Shown one piece after another: positions 41,145 through 49,599 of a stretch of 60,974 nt of DNA. Below the pieces are notes generated by a model. That model saw nothing but the letters and a program-made list of their open reading frames with translations, was not told where the DNA came from and made no database searches. Source of the DNA: a virus (Duplodnaviria > Caudoviricetes); the IMG/VR virus record IMGVR_UViG_3300043775_003665, positions 1 through 60,974 of that record; one strand, written 5' to 3'. The translations under genes were made by a program, and so were the position numbers. Position 1 is the first letter of the stretch, and each line of letters starts with the position of its first letter.

Positions 41145-41649
41145 TCCATGTTATTACTTGTTCAACTTCAATTTCTGCCCTTTTAAGTAGTTCAACACCA
41201 CTCATATCTCTATAATCTTCTGTGTAGTATACCTTTTTTATTCCAGCTTGTATAATTAATTTTGCGCAATCAAAGCAAGGACATGTTGTAGTATATAAAT
41301 CAGCTCCATCGCAACTCATTGTAGACTTTGCAACTTTCATAATTGCATTAGATTCTGCATGTAAGACTTCTCTTTTTGTTACACTTCTATGGCATATACA
41401 ACTATTATCATGAGACAGTGTCCAACCCATATCTTCTAACATTTCGGCAGCGGCTGGATTATCATAATGCATAGTTTCAACATCTTCGCATTCATTTTCA
41501 AATCCATGGGGAGTACCATTATATCCAAATGAAATTACTTGTTTGTCTTTTACAATAACACATCCTACCCTTCTACGTTCAGCATAACTAAGTTTTGCGA
41601 ACTGATATGCAACTTGCATGTAAATTATCTCCGTCGGAATTTTTGGCAT
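41134..41649 (-). CDS. dCMP deaminase
   Basis: VGCVIV..ISFGYNGTP; HAESNAI and PCFDCAK zinc-binding motifs. Confidence 0.92.
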   Translation of the reverse strand: MPKIPTEIIYMQVAYQFAKLSYAERRRVGCVIVKDKQVISFGYNGTPHGFENECEDVETMHYDNPAAAEMLEDMGWTLSHDNSCICHRSVTKREVLHAESNAIMKVAKSTMSCDGADLYTTTCPCFDCAKLIIQAGIKKVYYTEDYRDMSGVELLKRAEIEVEQVITWNEH

Positions 41650-41651
41650 AA

Positions 41652-41688
41652 AAAAAGTCTATATATGTTTATTATATATAGACTTTTT
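41652..41688. terminator. 15-bp stem hairpin (probable terminator) directly upstream of dCMP deaminase
   Basis: AAAAAGTCTATATAT-gtttatt-ATATATAGACTTTTT perfect inverted repeat. Confidence 0.7.
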
Positions 41689-41717
41689 ATTTAGTTTACC
41701 GGTTGGACCGGATTTCT

Positions 41718-42200
41718 TTAATTTATATCGTCAGCATCAGTAGCAGCGGTAGCCTCTTTACTTTCATTAATTTTCTTAGTAAATGCTTCAGTCATTTTGT
41801 TTAAACATGCCTCATATGCTTCAGATGCCATGTCTTTTTTCATTTCCTTTACACAATTAGATGCCATACCTGCAACAAGCGATGCATTTTCAGCCATGTA
41901 AGTTTCTACAGTATGCTCATCATGGGCATCTTCTTCCCATGCTTTAGCCTCTGCAATAACTGCCTCATAACAGTCTTTTAATAGTTCTGAAACCGGTTTG
42001 GTCTCTTCTTTGATTTTTTCAGCGTCATCTCCAAGGTTTGCTTCTCCAGCTTCGTCTACTCCTTGAACCTCTTCTGCTTCCTCTTCTGTTTCCTCTTCGG
42101 ATTTAACTTCAGGAGTTCCTTTGTCAACAACGTCTTGTTCTATTTCCTCGGCTCTGTCCATTTCTGAAACAAATTCCTCGAATCTTTTAATACTTGCCAT
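41718..42200 (-). CDS. Acidic protein with capsid-targeting-like N-terminus (possible head core/internal protein)
   Basis: MASIKRFEEFVSE; very E/D-rich; late promoter motif upstream. Confidence 0.55.
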   Translation of the reverse strand: MASIKRFEEFVSEMDRAEEIEQDVVDKGTPEVKSEEETEEEAEEVQGVDEAGEANLGDDAEKIKEETKPVSELLKDCYEAVIAEAKAWEEDAHDEHTVETYMAENASLVAGMASNCVKEMKKDMASEAYEACLNKMTEAFTKKINESKEATAATDADDIN

Positions 42201-42227
42201 AATTTTATTTGTATTTTTATTTAGATT

Positions 42228-42545
42228 TTATATATCTTTATTTTTTAAATAACTGAAACTGTCTGAAAGGAAGTAGTCTCGGAGTTTTAGATAGTGTATC
42301 AATATAAAAATTACTGAACCTCCAGGCATCAAGATTATTGTTGCTAATCCCAGCGTTTTAACCAGATTTTTTAATTGGTTTGCAAATTTCTTACCCTCTT
42401 CGTCAGTTAAAGGTCTGCGTTCGATTACGCATGTTGTTAACAAATTTGACATTGATTTTGTTTCAACGCCCTCTTTTTTAAGAGCATCTAAAAAAAGGTT
42501 AATATCCTTTTTAATCTTTTCTAATTCAATTGTTTTACTTTTCAC
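42228..42545 (-). CDS. Small membrane-associated protein, LETM1-related motif
   Basis: GTG start; QLKNLVKTLGLATIILMPGGSVIFILI resembles the LETM1-like 'K..D..K....AI..LPGG' segment. Confidence 0.5.
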   Translation of the reverse strand: MKSKTIELEKIKKDINLFLDALKKEGVETKSMSNLLTTCVIERRPLTDEEGKKFANQLKNLVKTLGLATIILMPGGSVIFILIHYLKLRDYFLSDSFSYLKNKDI

Positions 42546-42558
42546 TAAGTATATATTC

Positions 42559-43482
42559 CTAAACTAATTGTAAATCGGCAATATAGTCTTTTTGATATTT
42601 TTGAAGAGCCAATTCCTTTGCTTTGGCTTCAATTTCAATATCAAGTTCCATACCATAAGTATCAATAAATTCGTATAGGTAATCGGCATGGGCTCTTATA
42701 ATAACAGAAGCATCCTCGTGTAATTTTTTAGCGCTTGAATAGTGACACAATTGACGAATACCTGTCGGCCATGTAGATGCTGCCAAAAGAAGAGCATCTT
42801 GTTCGGACATCAGGTCTTCATAACATCTATGGTGATGGTAGTCGAATGTGATTGGAGTACCAATTGCTTCGTAAATTCGATAAAGGTCATTTACAGAGTA
42901 TTGCGCAGGTTTATCGTCATTTTCCAGGATTAAACGGGACTGGGCAGAAGGTGATAACAATTTAAAGTTTTCGATGAACCTTAGGATTGCAGCCTCTTTG
43001 TCGCCGTACGAACCACCAACATGAATATTCATAGAATAGTATGGATTTGCCGGAAGGCCCATCGTATCCATAATAAATGCATGTTGATTAAGCTCCTTGA
43101 TAGAATTATCGACAGTTTTTTGATTTGGACTAGGAAGGACACAAAACTGGCCAGGATGGAAGCCAATACGCTGACCGTATTTTTGTACAAGAGAACCTGC
43201 ACCTTTTAGTAGGTTTGAAATTGTTGGCCAATTTGGCAAATCGGTAAGTTCATATTCAGACATCCATGGAAACATACTAGACGACATACGGTATAGTGTA
43301 ACGCCGTTTTTGTGATTCCATTTAATGATTTCTATCATGTCCCTGATATTTGCCTCTGCAAGTTCTCCAGCATATTTGATACCTTTTGCATCAAATGTTT
43401 TTTTAATCATTGAACGCCCGATTTTAATACCACTCTTGTCAAGAGTCAAATTTATGCAACAATATCCGTAGTTAGCTCCCAT
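42559..43482 (-). CDS. uvsE: UV damage endonuclease (UvsE/UVDE)
   Basis: GYCCIN; YRMSS..FPW; HPGQF.VL.SP; NIHVGG.YGDK; LILENDD; FDYHHH; HYS; HADY; IEAKAKE. Confidence 0.93.
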   Translation of the reverse strand: MGANYGYCCINLTLDKSGIKIGRSMIKKTFDAKGIKYAGELAEANIRDMIEIIKWNHKNGVTLYRMSSSMFPWMSEYELTDLPNWPTISNLLKGAGSLVQKYGQRIGFHPGQFCVLPSPNQKTVDNSIKELNQHAFIMDTMGLPANPYYSMNIHVGGSYGDKEAAILRFIENFKLLSPSAQSRLILENDDKPAQYSVNDLYRIYEAIGTPITFDYHHHRCYEDLMSEQDALLLAASTWPTGIRQLCHYSSAKKLHEDASVIIRAHADYLYEFIDTYGMELDIEIEAKAKELALQKYQKDYIADLQLV

Positions 43483-43511
43483 GTATTTTATATAAAATTA
43501 ATTTAAAAAGT

Positions 43512-43820
43512 TTATAGTGTTTCTTCAGCAAAATATGGCATGCCAACATTATACATTAATTGACAATAGAATTTAAGAGCCCGAATGTTAGTACCATCCG
43601 CTCTACCTATTGCACCTTGTAAATCGTTGTCTACAACTGCTTGAACGAATCCACCACCTGCATATCCAACTTGCCATTTGGTACATAAGATTGAAGTTCC
43701 TATTTCAACAATGTGCGCATTTTGGCAATCTGCTTCAGATAATCCGGCATGAACGCCGTTTTCTTTAAGATATTTTGCAACTAGGTTTTTTACTACTTCT
43801 ATTTTTTTAAAAGTTTCCAT
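43512..43820 (-). CDS. Hypothetical protein
   Basis: Likely start at METFKK (43820), 1 bp after the upstream gene's stop; GGFVQAVVDNDLQGAIGRAD..N motif. Confidence 0.7.
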   Translation of the reverse strand: METFKKIEVVKNLVAKYLKENGVHAGLSEADCQNAHIVEIGTSILCTKWQVGYAGGGFVQAVVDNDLQGAIGRADGTNIRALKFYCQLMYNVGMPYFAEETL

Positions 43821-43821
43821 A

Positions 43822-44082
43822 TTAATAATTTGTTTGAGGTTCGTATTTAGGGTAACGGTTACATGTATCGAAGATTTGCATAACTTTTGAAGCCATTTCG
43901 GTAGGTAATTGTAAGGCTTCAATTTGAATTTCGGCATATAAATATCCATCAAATAAACCGTACATCATGTTTTCCAGGTTTCTAGAGCAATCGTTATCTC
44001 TAAGTTCTCTAATGATATCCATAATTTCGCTTCTAGTTTCTGCGGTCATAAATTCGTGTCTTTCAAATCTTGTGTAACTCAT
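43822..44082 (-). CDS. Hypothetical protein (putative early gene)
   Basis: 86 aa immediately downstream of a promoter cassette. Confidence 0.7.
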   Translation of the reverse strand: MSYTRFERHEFMTAETRSEIMDIIRELRDNDCSRNLENMMYGLFDGYLYAEIQIEALQLPTEMASKVMQIFDTCNRYPKYEPQTNY

Positions 44083-44086
44083 AATA

Positions 44087-44169
44087 TTTCTTTGTTTTAA
44101 TTAGATATGTAAATATAATCAAAAAACTCCAGACTGTAAAATCTGGAGTGTTAATTTTTTGTTAAAGTT
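44087..44169 (-). promoter_or_regulatory. 83-bp terminator-promoter cassette, copy 1
   Basis: Identical to 44436-44518; contains the ACTCCAGA/TCTGGAGT hairpin, a T-tract and TTTTAC-N18-TATATTTAC. Confidence 0.85.
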
Positions 44170-44431
44170 TATTTTTTCTCTGTCCCAACTTTCTAGTACC
44201 ATATTCAATAGTTACTGCAGTATAATCAACCTCGTTTTCAAACATATATTTATCGTACTCTAATATACCTTCTCTAGTATAGATTTTAATGGTCTCATTT
44301 TTTTGCAATCTATTAAAGACGTCTTCGGTAACATTAAGAATGTTGCCTTTTGCAATACTTACTACTTCAATACCTCTACTAAATTCTTTGATGTCTTGAT
44401 TTGCTACTAAAATAAATTCTCTGTGTGTCAT
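44162..44431 (-). CDS. Hypothetical protein flanked by 83-bp direct repeats
   Basis: 89-aa ORF lying between the two cassette copies. Confidence 0.7.
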   Translation of the reverse strand: MTHREFILVANQDIKEFSRGIEVVSIAKGNILNVTEDVFNRLQKNETIKIYTREGILEYDKYMFENEVDYTAVTIEYGTRKLGQRKNKL

Positions 44432-44435
44432 TGTG

Positions 44436-44518
44436 TTTCTTTGTTTTAATTAGATATGTAAATATAATCAAAAAACTCCAGACTGTAAAATCTGGAGTGT
44501 TAATTTTTTGTTAAAGTT
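44436..44518 (-). promoter_or_regulatory. 83-bp terminator-promoter cassette, copy 2
   Basis: Exact direct repeat of 44087-44169, 349 bp apart. Confidence 0.85.
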
Positions 44519-44861
44519 ATTTCCAAAATATTTGCACACAAATTATGATAAATGAAAGAGCTAAACATATCAATGTTTTAGTATTTAAAGCCTCACCTGT
44601 TATTAAATATGTTAAAAGAGAGAAAGAAATCATCCCCATTACAAACCCAATAAATCTTCCAGGCCATAATTGTCCATCATAATATTCTGCAATTAATCGA
44701 GTAGCCTCTATAAAAATATATGATATTGTAGAACCTCCAATTACAGCTACTAAAACGGGATTTCTTTTAAACCATGGCCACATAAACTGACCATTTGTCT
44801 GGAACCATATAAATGATTGTCCAAATAGGAACAATAAGATTCCATATATTAATGCTCTCAA
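44517..44861 (-). CDS. Small 4-TM membrane protein (DMT/SMR-like topology)
   Basis: Four hydrophobic segments; GE.LN.KT..C..L ending; TTG start overlapping the RNase HII stop. Confidence 0.6.
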   Translation of the reverse strand: MRALIYGILLFLFGQSFIWFQTNGQFMWPWFKRNPVLVAVIGGSTISYIFIEATRLIAEYYDGQLWPGRFIGFVMGMISFSLLTYLITGEALNTKTLICLALSFIIICVQIFWK

Positions 44862-45490
44862 AATAGAGTTCCTGTTTCGGTTAAGAGATGAGAGATAAAA
44901 CTCATTCTATGTTGCTTGCTTGGACCCAACGACCTAATTGCATCAATATGCGAGCGGGTTCCATATCCTTTGTTTGAATTCCAACCATATCCCGGAATCT
45001 CAATATCCAAATCTTTCATTACTGAATCCCGTTCAGTTTTAGCTAGAATGCTGGCAGCAGCAATTGAAATATATTTATTGTCTCCTCCGACAACAGTCTC
45101 AAATGGAATTCCTTCAAAGCCATGGAATTGGTCTCCATCAACTAATATAAAATCAAATTGGGCATCTTTTTGGACCCCTTCTAGACAGCGTTGCATTCCA
45201 ATTAAGGTAGCTTTTAAGATATTAGTTGCCTCAATATCTTCGGGAGATATATGTTCAATGCGATATGCAATTGCGTTTTCCTCGATAATTCGACGAGCAT
45301 CTTTTCGCTGTTGCTCATTTAATAGTTTTGAATCTTTGATTAAGGGGTTTTCAAATCCAAATGGCATTATGCATGCGGCAACCGTAACAGGTCCACTTAG
45401 TGAACCTCGGCCAGCCTCATCAATACCAATTTCTATAATTGATTCATCTCCTGAATAGGAGTGTTTAAGTAGTATTTGTCTGGTTTCCAT
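44858..45490 (-). CDS. rnhB: Ribonuclease HII
   Basis: GIDEAGRG..GPV; DSKLL; LVDG; GD....IAAASILAK..RD; NKGYGT..H; HR.SF. Confidence 0.95.
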   Translation of the reverse strand: METRQILLKHSYSGDESIIEIGIDEAGRGSLSGPVTVAACIMPFGFENPLIKDSKLLNEQQRKDARRIIEENAIAYRIEHISPEDIEATNILKATLIGMQRCLEGVQKDAQFDFILVDGDQFHGFEGIPFETVVGGDNKYISIAAASILAKTERDSVMKDLDIEIPGYGWNSNKGYGTRSHIDAIRSLGPSKQHRMSFISHLLTETGTLF

Positions 45491-45535
45491 CTATATGTTT
45501 TATACTTATTATATAGATGGATTCCAGATAGTTTC

Positions 45536-46288
45536 TTATTTTTCAGGGTTTTCAACTCTCCATTTGTCGTATCGATCTACAACGTCTTGAAGTATTTTAG
45601 CTCTTACAATATCTTTATTCTCAAAAACATGTTCTCCTGTTCCTCTAATTCCTTTCATTAACTGCATGAATCCTGGAAGACCTGCGCTAGCTTTTGGTAT
45701 ATCATATTGACTAATATCACCAGTAACCAAGACCTTAGAATTTTTACCCATACGGGTGGTAAATAACATTAATTGTTTAAAAGAAGCATTTTGTGCCTCA
45801 TCTAGAATCATAAATGAATCATCAAATGTATCACCTCTCATAAATGCAAGCGGTTTAAATTCAATAGCACCTGAAGAGATTAATCCTTCGGTTAATTCGT
45901 CACCTACTATCTTTTTAAAATTTGAAATATAGGATTGCATGTATGGGTCAACCTTGTCTGCAATATCTCCAGGTAGGAATCCAAGTTTTTCTCCAGATTC
46001 TTGAATAGGTTTACATAGGATAATTTTTGAAACTGCTTTAGTTGCTAATAACCATAGTGAAGTATAACATGCAGTAAATGTTTTCGAGGTACCTGCTGGA
46101 CCTGAACAGAACGTTATTTCATTTTTTTTGATTTTTTCAAAATAATCATATTGAGATGGTTTTAATTGTACTCCTACTAAATCTAATTCTTTTACTACAG
46201 TTTTTTTAGGACGTCCAATTGGTGCTTTTGTGGCTGCAGGTTTTGCTTTAGTTGTTTTTGATTTACTTTCCACTGTTCTTTTTTGCAT
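45536..46288 (-). CDS. phoH: PhoH-family ATPase
   Basis: GPAGTSKT; LGFLPGD; PLAFMRG.TF; ILDEAQN; TGDISQYD. ORF is open to 46312; 46288 preferred because a promoter motif lies at 46297-46305. Confidence 0.93.
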   Translation of the reverse strand: MQKRTVESKSKTTKAKPAATKAPIGRPKKTVVKELDLVGVQLKPSQYDYFEKIKKNEITFCSGPAGTSKTFTACYTSLWLLATKAVSKIILCKPIQESGEKLGFLPGDIADKVDPYMQSYISNFKKIVGDELTEGLISSGAIEFKPLAFMRGDTFDDSFMILDEAQNASFKQLMLFTTRMGKNSKVLVTGDISQYDIPKASAGLPGFMQLMKGIRGTGEHVFENKDIVRAKILQDVVDRYDKWRVENPEK

Positions 46289-46304
46289 ACAAATTTGTAT
46301 ATAT

Positions 46305-46562
46305 TTAATCACCGGTCATTATGACTAGTTCTTTTAATTTCTTGAGCGAATCGCATTTTTCATATTCCTCTAACTCAACAAAATATTCTATTAGGACATC
46401 TACGAATTTGCTTCGCTGTCCGATTCCATGTGGAATGTCTATTGTATGACTACCATCATTATAAACAACAAATCTATTAATGGTTTTTGTAAAATTTCTG
46501 GTAAGTATATAGTAGCTGGATCTCATCAGAGAATCTCTTTCCTCCCCTGTAATATCTCCCAT
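46305..46562 (-). CDS. Small protein with C-terminal UVR-like motif (EEYEKC)
   Basis: LIEYFVELEEYEKCDSLKKL. Confidence 0.7.
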   Translation of the reverse strand: MGDITGEERDSLMRSSYYILTRNFTKTINRFVVYNDGSHTIDIPHGIGQRSKFVDVLIEYFVELEEYEKCDSLKKLKELVIMTGD

Positions 46563-46657
46563 CTTGCCTTAATGTTTTTAAAAGTGGCTATAGCCACATA
46601 TAATATATATTTTTAGCTAAGCACTTTTAATATAACCGGGCTAAAAAGGTTACTATA

Positions 46658-46912
46658 TTATATTATTGACAACTTTTCGATTATTTTTTTGAGTTCTTTA
46701 CATTTTTCATAATCTTCTTTATCTTTAAAGAAATTAAGAACCGTTTTTACTCCTTCTATTTTTTCTTCAATGGTCCCATCATGCTTTAAAGCTCCCATTT
46801 TACCATTGACAATAGAAGAGTACATAACATCCATCATATCTTCTTTGGAGGCTTCGTGTAGTTTTTTTATAAATTTTCTTGATTCTTCCGGGCTTTCTTC
46901 AATGCTACTCAT
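46658..46912 (-). CDS. Small protein with C-terminal UVR-like motif (EDYEKC)
   Basis: VLNFFKDKEDYEKCKELKKI; overlaps the dnaJ stop. Confidence 0.7.
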   Translation of the reverse strand: MSSIEESPEESRKFIKKLHEASKEDMMDVMYSSIVNGKMGALKHDGTIEEKIEGVKTVLNFFKDKEDYEKCKELKKIIEKLSII

Positions 46913-47732
46913 TTTGATTTTTTATCTTTTTAAGTAATTCTATTTCGGTTTCGGTTAAAGTTACAGGAAGAGTTCTAAGCTTTACCATAAGATTTCCGAA
47001 TCCTTCTGAATTATATATTGGCATTCCTTGCCCAACAACTCGTAGTAGCTGCGACTCATGAGAACCTTGGGGAACTTTAATTTTAATAGTCTTAAGTTTG
47101 GTGCGGATTTCAAATTCTCCTCCAAGTAGTATATCAATCCAACTTAAGTTTAAGTCAACATAAATATCACTTCCGTTAACAATAAGTTCAGGGTCTGGTA
47201 AAACATTGACGGTTAATATGATATCACCGGGAGGTGCTGATGAATTTACAGAATGGTTAGCACCTCTACCTGGAATTTTGAGTTTAGTTCCATTCATAAT
47301 TCCTCGAGGTATATTGATATTAAATCCACCAGTACCAACATCAATATATTTTCGGGAACCTTCATAAGATTCTTCGAGTGTTATATTAAGTGCGACTCTA
47401 ATATCATATCCTTTTGCTTCTCCGCCGAATGCTTGATTAAACATATCAGCAAAATCTCCACCAAATCCGCGAAAAGCATTCGCAAATGGGTTTGATGTGT
47501 CTTGGTATCCATTAAAATTGTTAAAGGGATTATGTCCTCTGGATGGATTATCATATTGCTCTTTTTTGACATTGTCAGAAAGAGTTTCGTATGCTTCGGA
47601 TATTTTTTTGAATTGCGTGTCGTCTCCCCCTGTTTTATCAGGGTGATGCTCTTTTACAAGTTTCCTATAAGATTTTTTAATCTCTTCAGGAGTAGCATTC
47701 TTTGAAACATTAAGAGTTTCGTAGTAATTCAT
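46905..47732 (-). CDS. dnaJ: DnaJ-family co-chaperone (class II / CbpA-like, no Zn finger)
   Basis: NYYETL.V..A...EIKKSYRKL..HHPDK J-domain; G/F-rich region; C-terminal substrate-binding domain (GQGMP). Confidence 0.9.
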   Translation of the reverse strand: MNYYETLNVSKNATPEEIKKSYRKLVKEHHPDKTGGDDTQFKKISEAYETLSDNVKKEQYDNPSRGHNPFNNFNGYQDTSNPFANAFRGFGGDFADMFNQAFGGEAKGYDIRVALNITLEESYEGSRKYIDVGTGGFNINIPRGIMNGTKLKIPGRGANHSVNSSAPPGDIILTVNVLPDPELIVNGSDIYVDLNLSWIDILLGGEFEIRTKLKTIKIKVPQGSHESQLLRVVGQGMPIYNSEGFGNLMVKLRTLPVTLTETEIELLKKIKNQNE

Positions 47733-47738
47733 TAGAGT

Positions 47739-47948
47739 TTATTTTTTAGAATTTCTAACTCTAACTGTTTGCTTAACGACAGGAATCGTTGCAGATTTTA
47801 CCTGTTTCTTGCTAGCTTCTTTTTTCTCAGTAACCAACTGGGCTTGACCCTTTCTATAAGTTGCAATTTCTCTCAATTGCTTGTTTTCCATACAAATTGC
47901 AATTCTTTCCAGACTATCTGCAATCTTTTTTAATAATTCTTCGTTCAT
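47739..47948 (-). CDS. Hypothetical small basic protein
   Basis: 69 aa; LKKIADSLERIA helix; late promoter motif upstream. Confidence 0.6.
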   Translation of the reverse strand: MNEELLKKIADSLERIAICMENKQLREIATYRKGQAQLVTEKKEASKKQVKSATIPVVKQTVRVRNSKK

Positions 47949-47993
47949 ATCGATATACTTTATTAGTACATTATATATTAAAGAAAAAAGGTC

Positions 47994-48287
47994 CTATTGG
48001 ACCTTTGCTTTCTTAAGTATTTTATTTATCTTTGCGCACTTTTCATACTCTTCACGCTCTTCAAAGAGCTCTAACATATCTCCGAGAATTTTAACAATAG
48101 GTTTGATGTCAAGTTCTTGTTTTTCCATTAATTTAAAATCAACTCCTTTGGAAATTATTGATTCATAATTTTCATTTGCAAGTTTGATTTTTAAATCATA
48201 CATTACGTTATTCATTTCTGCTTCTTTTTTAATAGTGTCAATTTCGTTTTCTTGTTCTTCAAATAGATTGTTAAAGTCTTCGTCCAT
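47994..48287 (-). CDS. Small protein with C-terminal UVR-like motif (EEYEKC)
   Basis: MLELFEEREEYEKCAKINKI; preceded by an early-type promoter. Confidence 0.7.
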   Translation of the reverse strand: MDEDFNNLFEEQENEIDTIKKEAEMNNVMYDLKIKLANENYESIISKGVDFKLMEKQELDIKPIVKILGDMLELFEEREEYEKCAKINKILKKAKVQ

Positions 48288-48299
48288 GATTATAAGGTT

Positions 48300-48370
48300 T
48301 TAATTTGATATGTAAATATAATACAAATTCCTGACACGGTAAAACTTTTTATCAAAAAGTTATTAACAAT
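48300..48370 (-). promoter_or_regulatory. Early-type promoter (TTTTAC-N18-TATATTTAC) with upstream TTGTTAATAACTTT element
   Basis: Same spacing as the other copies; AACTTTTT-atc-AAAAAGTT inverted repeat upstream. Confidence 0.7.
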
Positions 48371-49102
48371 TTAGAACGGAACCTCATCAACCATATCCAT
48401 TCCTGAGATTTTAAGCATTACATTCATAGTTGCTTTAACGTCTCCTTCACAATATGTTTTTATTTTTTCAATATTACAATTCCAATACTCTTCAGTAGTA
48501 CTACTTGCCTCCATTATAGTTTTAGGAGATGGAATATTAAGAGTGTCACAGATTAAATCCAAAGATGCACTATTCCAACCTGCAAATTTCCAAATTTCAT
48601 AAGTATCTACAAGACAGTTTTCCCATGGTTTTTTCTTTTGCAAGTGGAATTGATGAGGTATAGCAACTCCATTTACAATCGATCTTTTTATTAGATATGG
48701 AAAATCAAAGTTTTTAATATTATGTCCAGTAAATTGAACAGAAGGACTTTGATTAAAAACAGCCTGAGCAGTTCCCATAAACTCTTTAAGAATTTCCATT
48801 TCACTACCTTTATAGAAAGAGCGAATTTTTGAGGTTGTAATATCATCTTGGAATTTAATCTGTCCCATAGAAATTACAATAACCTTACTAAATTCTGGAC
48901 TAAGAGCCGCCATGTGAGTATACATTTTAGCATCAGTAAGTTCTGTTAGATGTGATTCAGTATTTCTATGCTGTTCTGCTTTTTTTGCCCAATGCTTTAC
49001 AGCACCTGGTCTTTTAGTACAGAATTCTTCGTAAGTTTGGTATTCTGAAGAGGTTTCAATGTCAATAAATAACATTGACTTAAGTTCGCTATTACTATAC
49101 AT
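48371..49102 (-). CDS. 3'-5' exonuclease (DnaQ/PolB-exonuclease-like)
   Basis: FIDIET; GHNIKNFDFPY..KR; DT..IWKF; SLD..C..L.IPSPK; YCEGDV (DEDDy). Confidence 0.85.
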   Translation of the reverse strand: MYSNSELKSMLFIDIETSSEYQTYEEFCTKRPGAVKHWAKKAEQHRNTESHLTELTDAKMYTHMAALSPEFSKVIVISMGQIKFQDDITTSKIRSFYKGSEMEILKEFMGTAQAVFNQSPSVQFTGHNIKNFDFPYLIKRSIVNGVAIPHQFHLQKKKPWENCLVDTYEIWKFAGWNSASLDLICDTLNIPSPKTIMEASSTTEEYWNCNIEKIKTYCEGDVKATMNVMLKISGMDMVDEVPF

Positions 49103-49343
49103 TCTTTGTGTCTTTTAAATCTTTAAAAATCTTATAAATCGATATTGGATATATGCATTTTTTTGCACTCTTATCTAATTTCTCATTCATCCAATAATGT
49201 GGAACTCCATGTAATTTAGTCAATGAATCAATTACAGAAACTAATTGACCATACATAAGAATTCCTGCAAATTTAAAATAATAGTTCTCACCAATCTTTG
49301 GTTTAACTACATAAATTTTAGGTTCTTTTTTATCTTTTGCCAT
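49095..49343 (-). CDS. Hypothetical protein
   Basis: 82-aa ORF coupled to the exonuclease gene. Confidence 0.65.
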   Translation of the reverse strand: MAKDKKEPKIYVVKPKIGENYYFKFAGILMYGQLVSVIDSLTKLHGVPHYWMNEKLDKSAKKCIYPISIYKIFKDLKDTKNV

Positions 49344-49374
49344 ATATTAATTATACACAAGAAAATAAAAAAGT

Positions 49375-49599
49375 TTAAAGATGTGTAGTATCTACATGGT
49401 CATGAGACTGTCGAAGTTTAAGGTACATATCATATGATATTGTCATTTCAATCCATCCTCCTGTTATTGATTTAGGTACTTCTTTATAGTCAATTATATA
49501 GTGAGGTGGTTCTGTGACTCTATCTAATAAAAAATCCATCATTAGATCAGATTCTCTATTATGAACCCATATTTTTACAAATGTATTATTCATATTCAT
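49375..49599 (-). CDS. Hypothetical small protein (likely paralogue of 52558-52755)
   Basis: KIWVH..E...ISY..Y..L pattern. Confidence 0.6.
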   Translation of the reverse strand: MNMNNTFVKIWVHNRESDLMMDFLLDRVTEPPHYIIDYKEVPKSITGGWIEMTISYDMYLKLRQSHDHVDTTHL

